A program made the position numbers and the translations under genes. A stretch of 64,000 nucleotides of DNA from Ignavibacteriota bacterium (GTDB lineage Bacteria; Bacteroidota; Ignavibacteria; UBA10030; UBA6906). The stretch is taken from positions 1,088,001 to 1,152,000 of the forward strand of contig CAWDEM010000008.1 of NCBI GenBank assembly GCA_963801355.1, read 5' to 3'. Below the pieces are notes generated by a model that saw nothing but the letters and a program-made list of their open reading frames with translations, was not told the DNA's origin and did no database searches. Numbering within the stretch: the stretch's first letter is position 1; every line of letters starts with the position of its first letter. Shown here one piece after another: positions 28,116 to 36,333 of the stretch.

Positions 28116-30344
28116 CTACTTGAGCAATAGGAGCTTGCGCGATTGGACGAAGTCTCCTGCTCCGCCTTTGGAGTCACCCCCTTGGGCGGAATCCAAAGGG
28201 CGGACCTGCATGCGATAGAAGTACACGCCGCTGGGCAGACGTGAGCCGTCGAACTTGACTTCGTGGTAGCCTGCATCCTCTTCCCCATTGTGCAGAAGGG
28301 CGACCAGCTCGCCAAGGGTGTTGAAGACTGTCAGGGTCACCTGAGAACGAGCGGGCAGACCGTAGCGGATTGTCGTCGAAGGGTTGAAGGGGTTGGGGTA
28401 GTTCTGTTGAAGCAAGAATTCCTGCGGCAACACGCTTGCCACGGGGTCAATCGAGGTAATCATTTCCGACAAGGGGCGTCGCCACACGCCGCTACCAGAA
28501 GTTCCGGCATAAAGGTTCGTCCCACTGACAACGAGAGACCAGACACTCGTGATTGTCAGACCTGAGCTAGCATCAGTCCAACTTGTGCCGTTGTTGGTGG
28601 TGAGAAAGATGCCGCCGGAAGTCCCAGCGAGCAGATTCGTCCCACTGACGACGAGAGACCAGACATTCGTGTTCGTCAGACCCGCGTTGACCGCAGTCCA
28701 ACTTGTCCCGTTGTTGGTGGTAAGAAAAGCGCCTTCAAAAGTTCCAGCGAAGCGTCTCGTCCCACTGACCGCAAGAGACCGGACACTCTTATTCGACAGA
28801 CCTGAGTTAACCGCAGTCCAACCTGTGCCGTTGTCGGTGCTAAGAAAGACGCCGCCGCCAGAAGTCCCGGCAAAGAGACTCTTCCCGTCGACGACAAGAG
28901 ACTGAACATTCTTGTCTGTCAGACCTGAGTCGACAGCCGTCCAACTTGTGCCGTTGTTGGTTGAAAGAAAGACCCCGCCGCCATATGTTCCGGCTAAGAG
29001 ATTCGTGTCGGAGACGGCAAGAGCACGGACTTGCGTGTTCGTCAAGCCGGTACTTGCGAGGGTCCAGCTTGTGCCGCTGTTGGTGGTAAGAAAGACGCCA
29101 CCGCTATCATTCTGCGCAAGAAGATACGTTCCGTTGCCAACAAGAGACGTGACCCTCGTGTTTGTCACCCCTTCGTTCAACGCAATCCAGTTTGTCCCGT
29201 CATCGGTGGAAAGAAAGCCACCTCCGCCGTAATAGAAGAGAGAGCCTGTCCCCGCAAAGAGCTTTTCCCCGCCGACCGCAAGAGACCAGACTGACGTGTT
29301 GGCCAGGCCAGAGTTGAGCGAACTCCAGCTTGTGCCGCTGTCGGTGGAAAGGAATACACCCCCCCCGGCGCCAATGCCCGCAAAGAGCTTCGCTCCGCCC
29401 ATCCCGTCCGAGGCGGGGCCAACAGCAAGGCTCCGGACCCACGCATTCTTCGGTAGGCCCGAGCTGGCCGCAGTCCAGTTCTTGCCATTGTCCGTTGTGC
29501 GAAAGACGGCATCGCCAGAACCCAAACTGTATGTCCCCGCAAAGACATTCGTACCGAAGACAGCAAGAGTGCCAACCGAACAATTCGTCAAGCCGGCTTG
29601 AGTCCAGCTTGTCCCGTTGTTCGTGGAAAGAAGGACGCCGCCAGAAGTCCCAGCAAAGAGATTCGTCCCACTTGCAGCAAGAGACCCGATATTCGTGTTC
29701 GTGAGACCTGCGTTGACCGCTGTCCAGTTCCCGCCGTTGTTCGTGGAAAGAAAGACACCGCCGTTAGTCCCCGCGAAAAGACTTGTCCCGATGACGGCAA
29801 GAGAGTAGACGAGTGTGTCCGTCAGACCTGAGCTAGCCAACGTCCAGGTCGTACCATTGTCCGTTGAACGATAGACCCCACCTGGGGTCTCACCACCATA
29901 TCACGTGTGCCCTGGGGTACCCGCAAAGAGATACGTGCCACTCACAGCAAAAGACCTGACAAACGCGCTCGTTAAACCTGTAGCAATCCAGCTTTGCCCG
30001 TTATCGGTGGAACGAAAGACTCCACCGCAAAGAGTCCCTGCAAAGAGATACGTCCCGGTTATCCCATTGGAGGCCGGAAAGGCCGCAAGAGAGGAGACCA
30101 CCATATCCGCAAGCCCGGAGTTGACCGCACTCCAGCTTGCTCCATCGTTCGTGGTACGAAAGACACCTCCGGCATCATGAATGCCAAAAAGGGGAAAGCC
30201 TGTTCCCACAAACACATCCGTGCCACTCACAACAATGGCGCCAACCTCACCACCACCGGGACCGCACGTTTGGACCCATTGGGCTGACACACGGGGGCAC
30301 AGCAGAACGATGACGAGTCCGAGGCAAATACATTGAGTGTTCAT
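28116..30344 (-). CDS. BNR/Asp-box beta-propeller T9SS cargo interrupted by an in-frame TGA at 29901-29903 (nonsense mutation or Sec readthrough)
   Basis: ORFs 29901-30365 and 28116-29840 share a frame: FAGTPGHT*YGGETPGGVYRSTDNG; many 'LFAGT..GVF.ST.NG..W' repeats; CTD. Confidence 0.8.
28192..28406. repeat. Direct repeat B, copy 1 (215 bp; copy 2 at 32502-32716)
   Basis: CTD-coding DNA; one mismatch (28302 vs 32612) by eye. Confidence 0.92.
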
Positions 30345-30791
30345 CCAATCCTCCATATAGCGCAAACGTTGTCGGAGATTTCTGACATGAAGTCGGACTC
30401 GTTGTGCCCTCGGGTAGCAGGTTATCGCAGAAACACTCGGCGGCTCGCCGACTCCTGCGCCAGGCCGAAGAAAGCAGGTCCCTCCGATGGATGAAATCCT
30501 TCGGAAATCCGTATGAGAGATGGGAGTGTAAGAGCAGAGGCAAGAATCGGACTTGCGCCCTCAGGTCTCATACGGCAACCGCCCCGTCCACCGCATAGAC
30601 CTATGTGCTATGGCGCAAACCTAAGAAAGGGCATGATCAATGTCAATGGACATCCCTTATGGGGATTCTACTTGAAAACACAAAGCCCCAAGAGATCATG
30701 AGGCTTTCGTCATGCCTATCGTTGCAGAGGGTCTATTGGATGAACATGAGCTTCTTGGTCTCCACGTACGATCCGGCGTGAAGACGAAAGT

Positions 30792-30827
30792 TTGCTCTCT
30801 TGAAACATTTATCGTATTATTACGATA
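30792..30827 (+). promoter_or_regulatory. hgcA promoter candidate (TTGCTC-17 nt-TATTAT) overlapped by palindrome TATCGTA-N4-TACGATA, an ArsR/SmtB-like operator
   Basis: Perfect 7-bp arms at 30810-30816 and 30821-30827 in an AT-rich patch upstream of hgcA. Confidence 0.6.
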
Positions 30828-30930
30828 TAAGATTAAGAATATGGGAGTCTGCTCTGTGCCAATCCAACCACACATCCGACGGTGTTGTGAGATCGTGAAC
30901 TCACCTGCAATCAAACACGAAGAGTCAGCG

Positions 30931-32025
30931 GTGAAGCCTTCTGAAACCACTGCCATCGACCCCAGTTCCTGCGGGTGTGCGAAGTCCAAATCAGCACCAA
31001 GACATCCGACCGTGGGAGCCATTGAAACTTCCGAAAAATCGATTCCGCAGATGTCGACGCGCCTTCAAGCAACCGATCATCTCGGCGCAGTGATGGTGCG
31101 TTTGGGTATCCGAAGGGACCGCTACCGGATCGAGCCAGGATTATATGCCGTCGGAACACCCGATGAACGCTCCGATGTGCTTGTGACCGCCAACTACAAA
31201 CTGACCGTCGATTCGGTGCGAAAGAACCTCACGGGTCTAAACGTTTGGCTTCTGGTGCTTGACACAAAAGGAATCAACGTTTGGTGTGCCGCAGGGAAAG
31301 GCACTTTCGGCACCGACGAGCTTGTTAACCGCATCAAACTGACTTCGCTTGAGACAGTTGTCAGGCACAGGCGCCTCATTCTTCCCCAACTCGGTGCTGT
31401 GGGTGTCGCGGCACATCTCGTGAAGCAGCGTTCAGGATTCACTGTGCTCTACGGGCCGGTGCGGGCGACAGACATACCCGCATATATTCAGGCTTCATAT
31501 AAGGCGACAAAGGAAATGCGCCTGGTGAACTTTGGGTTGGTAGATCGCGCGAAACTTATCCCCAATGATTTCGTGTACGGCATGCGCTATCTGCTCGCGG
31601 CAGCGGGTGTGCTCCTCCTTCTCTCGGGCATCACCAAAGAAGGCTTCTCAATCCGGCAGGCACTCGAACACAGCGATTCTACGATTCGCAATCTGGGTCT
31701 GGGGTATTGCGCCGGGATAATCTTCACACCCCTGTTTCTTCCCCTCATACCCACCCGTCCGTTTGCGCTGAAGGGTGGGCTCATCGGTGTGTTCCTCTCA
31801 GCCCTGCTCCTGTTTGTCCTCCGGCCGGTGACTAATCCCGGAGAAACAATCGCCTGGGCCTTGATGATAACGAGTGTTTCATCATTCATGGCAATGAATT
31901 TCACGGGATCTTCGACATACACATCGTTGTCGGGCGTGAAGAGAGAGATGAAGGTCGCAGTTCCCATTCAACTATCTTCAGCCGTGCTTGCCGCAATTCT
32001 TCTGGTTCTCGACAATATCATATAG
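30931..32025 (+). CDS. hgcA: Mercury methylation corrinoid protein HgcA; start uncertain (GTG 30931, or ATG 30841)
   Basis: PGLYAVG.P...SDVLVTANYKLT.D; cap helix GINVWCAAGKGTFG (NVWCAAGK at 31276-31299); LILPQL; YGPVRA.D; C-terminal TM helices with MNFTGSSTYTSLSGVKREM; followed by a ferredoxin. Confidence 0.97.
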   Translation: MKPSETTAIDPSSCGCAKSKSAPRHPTVGAIETSEKSIPQMSTRLQATDHLGAVMVRLGIRRDRYRIEPGLYAVGTPDERSDVLVTANYKLTVDSVRKNLTGLNVWLLVLDTKGINVWCAAGKGTFGTDELVNRIKLTSLETVVRHRRLILPQLGAVGVAAHLVKQRSGFTVLYGPVRATDIPAYIQASYKATKEMRLVNFGLVDRAKLIPNDFVYGMRYLLAAAGVLLLLSGITKEGFSIRQALEHSDSTIRNLGLGYCAGIIFTPLFLPLIPTRPFALKGGLIGVFLSALLLFVLRPVTNPGETIAWALMITSVSSFMAMNFTGSSTYTSLSGVKREMKVAVPIQLSSAVLAAILLVLDNII

Positions 32026-32033
32026 AACTCCCA

Positions 32034-32333
32034 ATGATGAAGAGACCAGTCTACCTGCCGGATGTCGTCACCCTTGCATTGGATGAAACTATCTGCAACG
32101 GATGTGGCATGTGTACAAAGGTGTGCCCGCATGCCGTTCTTGAAATGCGTGACGGCAGAGCTCATATCGTTGATCGTGACTACTGCATGGAGTGCGGGGC
32201 GTGTGCGCGCAATTGTCCGCTTGCGGCCATCTCTGTGCGCACCGGGGTCGGCTGCGCGGCGGGTATCATCAGAGGAACGCTTACGAACAGCGAACCTTCA
32301 TGCGGATGCGATCAACAGGCAGTGTGCAAATAG
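32034..32333 (+). CDS. hgcB: Mercury methylation ferredoxin HgcB, 2[4Fe-4S]
   Basis: CNGCGMC..VCPH and CMECGACARNCP, then GVGCA and a Cys tail; 8 nt after hgcA. Confidence 0.95.
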   Translation: MMKRPVYLPDVVTLALDETICNGCGMCTKVCPHAVLEMRDGRAHIVDRDYCMECGACARNCPLAAISVRTGVGCAAGIIRGTLTNSEPSCGCDQQAVCK

Positions 32334-32372
32334 TTGCCGGCAGGTCTTTCAGAATACTCGCATCTCCTTGAG

Positions 32373-32400
32373 GAGGCCCGGATATCCCGAGCCTTCTTGT
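32373..32400. terminator. Hairpin between convergent hgcB and the T9SS gene
   Basis: gaggcccgg-atatc-ccgagcctt-cttgt. Confidence 0.5.
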
Positions 32401-32425
32401 TGCATCAACGCGGGGACAAATGTCC

Positions 32426-34252
32426 CTATCGCAAAAGAACCAACTTGCGCGTCTGAACGAAATCTCCCGCTCCGCTCTTCGAGTCTCGCCCTCTGGCGGA
32501 GTCCAAAGGGCGGACCTGCATGCGATAGAAGTACACGCCGCTGGGCAGACGTGAGCCGTCGAACTTGACTTCGTGGTAGCCTGCATCCTCTTCCCCATTG
32601 TGCAGAAGGGCCACCAGCTCGCCAAGGGTGTTGAAGACTGTCAGGGTCACCTGAGAACGAGCGGGCAGACCGTAGCGGATTGTCGTCGAAGGGTTGAAGG
32701 GGTTGGGGTAGTTCTGCGAGAGAGAGAACGATCCAGGAGAATTCCCCGCATCGGGGACATCCAGATTCAAGTCGATGGCGTCGAAGTAGACATTCGCCGG
32801 ACCGTATCCTACGTAGGCGACGTTGCCGCGGTAGAATGTCCCGGATATGTCACGGTCGAAGCTGACCACAGGAGCGATGGAATAGTCCGACCGGAACTGA
32901 TTGACAACCTCCGCACTCTCATCGTACCAGGAGCTGAGTTTGCTTTGCAGTGCCTTGTAGTAGATAGTCCCATCGTTGTATGTCGATCGATAGGCTACAC
33001 GCCAGTAATAGCCTGAACCCCACGGAGCAAAACTGATTGATGGAACACCCTCGTAATACGTTGATATGGCGATGCTGTCGTGGGCGTACGTCCTGAACTG
33101 GTTGCTGGAACGGAAGCTCCTGACATCCTGGTAGGTCGGAGCTGCTGAGTTGCGTGTATACACAATCATTGCGTTCCCACGGCTGGGATCGATCGCCATC
33201 GCCGGATCATAGTTGTCGCCTGGCTGCGGTGAAGGAACGGTAAGGGCCCATGAAAACGGAACGATCTTGGGACTGCGCACGATTCGGATCACACGGCTCG
33301 GGTACTCGCCACGCGCGTATGCGACGAGGAGGGTGTCTGGTGTCGTGCCGTAGTCAACAGCGATCACCGGCGTTCCCTCCTGGCCTGAATGAAGGCTCGT
33401 GTCCGGAGTACCCCAGGTCACTCCGCAATCTGTGGTCTGCACGATGAAGAGCCCCCGCGCAATGTCGGTCGAGGGAGTGATGTACTCAGCCGCAACGTAG
33501 TGATATGTCACTTGCGGCAGATAAGTAGCGCCATCCGTGCATATGCTCGGGTTGCGGAAGCCCAGCCCCGTTCCGGTTGAAGCGATCGTTTTCGACCGCC
33601 AGTTTGTTCCATCGCTGAGCAGGCTCATCCACCCGAGCGACCCTCCGCCATCCACGCTCTTGTCCGACTTGATCACATATGCCACGGAGACAAGCCATTT
33701 CCCACCCGCCGTATCAGTGACACACATATCGAACGCCTGCATTGGACCACCAGGCGAGTAGACTCCGCCGATCACTGACCAGCTCGTGCCGCCGTTTGTC
33801 GACCGATAAATGGAGATCTGAGAGAGCGTGTCCCTGAACACCCTGTTCAATCCAAGATAGATGCCTCCAGCCGTGTCCGCACACATGCAGATCTGGCGTT
33901 TGCCCTCGCCCGGATAGACTGCTCCGTTGAAAACCTCCACATCGTTCCCCCAGAGCGGAGACGTGACTTCCTCCAGCTTTTCGCAATCGCCGGAAGCGAT
34001 CGCAAGGACATCCTCAGCAGGTGGTGTGGGCGATTCAGGGAAGAGGGCTTTCTCCAGTTCTCGAACCTTTGGGATGCTGCCCGCTTTGCGCGCCAGCGAA
34101 AGCTCGCGCAGAAGGCGGAATGTCTCCGCCGGTAGAGCGTTGTCTGCAGCAATCATTTCATCAGAGCAGAGCTCTATTGGTGTCTGGGCCGGCATCGCAG
34201 TGTAGCACAGGAGAAGAGCCAGCAAAAACGCAATGGAAAAGGCAGTTCGCAC
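32426..34252 (-). CDS. T9SS cargo, sialidase/BNR-like beta-propeller with CTD
   Basis: GTG start with GGAGG SD; signal peptide; YRSTNGGTSW Asp-box; LSQNYPNPFNP. Confidence 0.75.
   Translation of the reverse strand: MRTAFSIAFLLALLLCYTAMPAQTPIELCSDEMIAADNALPAETFRLLRELSLARKAGSIPKVRELEKALFPESPTPPAEDVLAIASGDCEKLEEVTSPLWGNDVEVFNGAVYPGEGKRQICMCADTAGGIYLGLNRVFRDTLSQISIYRSTNGGTSWSVIGGVYSPGGPMQAFDMCVTDTAGGKWLVSVAYVIKSDKSVDGGGSLGWMSLLSDGTNWRSKTIASTGTGLGFRNPSICTDGATYLPQVTYHYVAAEYITPSTDIARGLFIVQTTDCGVTWGTPDTSLHSGQEGTPVIAVDYGTTPDTLLVAYARGEYPSRVIRIVRSPKIVPFSWALTVPSPQPGDNYDPAMAIDPSRGNAMIVYTRNSAAPTYQDVRSFRSSNQFRTYAHDSIAISTYYEGVPSISFAPWGSGYYWRVAYRSTYNDGTIYYKALQSKLSSWYDESAEVVNQFRSDYSIAPVVSFDRDISGTFYRGNVAYVGYGPANVYFDAIDLNLDVPDAGNSPGSFSLSQNYPNPFNPSTTIRYGLPARSQVTLTVFNTLGELVALLHNGEEDAGYHEVKFDGSRLPSGVYFYRMQVRPLDSARGRDSKSGAGDFVQTRKLVLLR
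32502..32716. repeat. Direct repeat B, copy 2
   Basis: Offset 4310 bp from copy 1. Confidence 0.92.
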
Positions 34253-34586
34253 GGAGAACCTCCGATTGAGATTGACGCAGCATTCACACACTTCGGCAGG
34301 AATGTTACATTTCGCCCAGCAAAGGGACAATACCGCAAACGCGGGATATTTCTCTGAGGGGATAATTCTCTGAGGGATGAAGACCGCCGTCAGGCTTGAA
34401 TCACTCTTTACGTCCAACGCGTTGCGCTCAACGCGTCTTAGCAGCTTGACAAACGTCCGACTTCAGCTTATACTGCTGTCTGGCGTTCCCGCCGGCAGGG
34501 CACTGCAGCCCACCTCTCCAGGTGCAGCAGACGACAAGCTGGCCGGGCTCAAATGCACATATGCCTCACCACACACAGCTGGCATC

Positions 34587-36287
34587 ATGACCCGATCCTG
34601 CAAAGACTTCCTTGTGATCTCTCTGTACCTTCTCGCGGGGTGCACCCAACGCTCTACTGGACCTTACCGTCCCGCCGAAGACACCGTCTCCGTGCTCACT
34701 GCGCGCTCGAACACCGCAATGGTGGTTTCTGCTCATCCGATCGCCTCGAAGGCTGGAGTGGCCACACTCCGTTCCGGCGGCAACGCGGCTGATGCGGCAA
34801 TCGCGGCCGTCACGACCCTTAACGTTACAGAGCCGCATGCGTCCGGTCTGGGCGGAGGCGGTCTGTGCCTTTTCTACGACGCGAAAAGGGATTCTTTCTT
34901 CGTCATTGACTACCGGGAGCGGGCGCCTCTGGGCGTCGACCGCAGACTCTACTACAACGCTGCAGACACTCTGCATCGGAAACTCGAACACGGCCCGACT
35001 GCTATTGCCACACCGGGTGCTCCGGCAGGGTGGCAAGCGATTTATGACAACTTCTGCACGAAGCCGCTTGCAGAACTGGTGCGCCCAGCCATTGCGGCTG
35101 CCGACACGGGGTTTGAGTTGACCGAAAAACAGGTGGCGATACTTATGGATCACCTGAGCGATATTGAATCGGATGCGGCTATTTCGTCGATCTTCCTGGA
35201 CGGGGGCTTTCCTCCGGAAGTGGGCTTTCGAGTGAAGCAGCCGAAACTCGCTGCAACCTTGAGAGCGCTCGGAACCACGGCTTTCACGCGTCTCTACCAG
35301 CCGCCCTTCGCCGAAGATATCGCCGGCGCCGTCCAGGCACGCGGAGGCGTGCTTTCAAAGGAGGATCTTGCGTCGTACAGGGTTCAGATCCGGGAACCGC
35401 TGCGGGGGTGGTATAATGGCTTTGAAATCATTACGCTGCCACCTCCAAGCCTCGGGGGGACCGCGCTCCTCGAGATCCTGCGCATCGCCGAAAAGAGCAA
35501 CTTGAAGTCCAGAACATATCTCTCTGCGGACTATGTCCATTGCCTCGCTGCTGCAAGCCGCCAGGCGCTCACCGATGTGAACACGTGGATCTCTGACCCG
35601 GATTTTGGCAAACAGCCGGTGTTGTCACTTCTTTCCGACGAATGGATCGCTGATGTTTCGCGGCGCATGGAAGATGAAAGCCCGGCCTCCCAGCCTCACG
35701 CCTGGCAGCCAGGACCGGAAGCGAAGTCGACGGGCAACACGACACACCTGGCAATAGTGGACAGCGCCGGGAACATAGTCAGCCTCACACAATCCATCAA
35801 TGACTTCTATGGGGCGGGCGTGATGGCTCCCCGGTCGGGTATCCTCCTGAACAATCACATGGGAGACTTCTCCGGAGATTCGACACGGAACAACAGCGTC
35901 AGGCCCTTGCATAGGCCGACATCCAACATGGCGGCCACCATTGTGCGAAAAGACGGCAAACCCGTGCTGGTGATCGGTTCGCCCGGTGGCCCGCGCATCG
36001 CTCCCACAGTGGCGCAGGTCATTACTGCAGTGCTGGACGGCTGGCTTCCGATCGATGAGGCTATCAGAGCCCCAAGGTTTTTCCCGAAGGGCAACACGCT
36101 CGTCGTAGAGACGCGTATGCCAGATGAGACCATCAAGGGATTGCGCGCGAAAGGCTGGAAGATCGAGATGAACGGCAGCGTGAATTCCTACTTTGGAGGG
36201 GTGCACGCAATTCTGATCAACCCGGTCATCCATACTCTCACAGGTGCAGCGGATCCACGACGCGACGGTGCACCGGCCGGGTGGTAA
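34587..36287 (+). CDS. ggt: Gamma-glutamyltransferase, lipoprotein
   Basis: GGNAADAA, EPHASGLGGG, IDYRERAP, autocleavage site NTTH, LNNHMGDF, GSPGG, ADPRR; lipobox LAGC. Confidence 0.92.
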   Translation: MTRSCKDFLVISLYLLAGCTQRSTGPYRPAEDTVSVLTARSNTAMVVSAHPIASKAGVATLRSGGNAADAAIAAVTTLNVTEPHASGLGGGGLCLFYDAKRDSFFVIDYRERAPLGVDRRLYYNAADTLHRKLEHGPTAIATPGAPAGWQAIYDNFCTKPLAELVRPAIAAADTGFELTEKQVAILMDHLSDIESDAAISSIFLDGGFPPEVGFRVKQPKLAATLRALGTTAFTRLYQPPFAEDIAGAVQARGGVLSKEDLASYRVQIREPLRGWYNGFEIITLPPPSLGGTALLEILRIAEKSNLKSRTYLSADYVHCLAAASRQALTDVNTWISDPDFGKQPVLSLLSDEWIADVSRRMEDESPASQPHAWQPGPEAKSTGNTTHLAIVDSAGNIVSLTQSINDFYGAGVMAPRSGILLNNHMGDFSGDSTRNNSVRPLHRPTSNMAATIVRKDGKPVLVIGSPGGPRIAPTVAQVITAVLDGWLPIDEAIRAPRFFPKGNTLVVETRMPDETIKGLRAKGWKIEMNGSVNSYFGGVHAILINPVIHTLTGAADPRRDGAPAGW

Positions 36288-36333
36288 AGATGCTCAGTTC
36301 GCTTTCAAGGATTCCAACGCAGCAGTTCTCCAC

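Noticed and set aside
28500-30200. Regularly spaced DNA repeats (also 46400-48100) that superficially resemble a CRISPR array
   Set aside because: They are degenerate, in-frame BNR/YCF48 protein repeats with no constant repeat-spacer structure and no cas genes.
30712-30840. ORF-track start of hgcA at 30712, and possible Sec in the HgcA N-terminus
   Set aside because: This stretch runs through the AT-rich promoter and operator, and there is no in-frame UGA in the extension.
30931-32025. Alternative call as CO dehydrogenase/acetyl-CoA synthase corrinoid subunit
   Set aside because: The NVWCAAGK motif, TM C-terminus and adjacent HgcB-type ferredoxin identify HgcA, and no other Wood-Ljungdahl genes are nearby.
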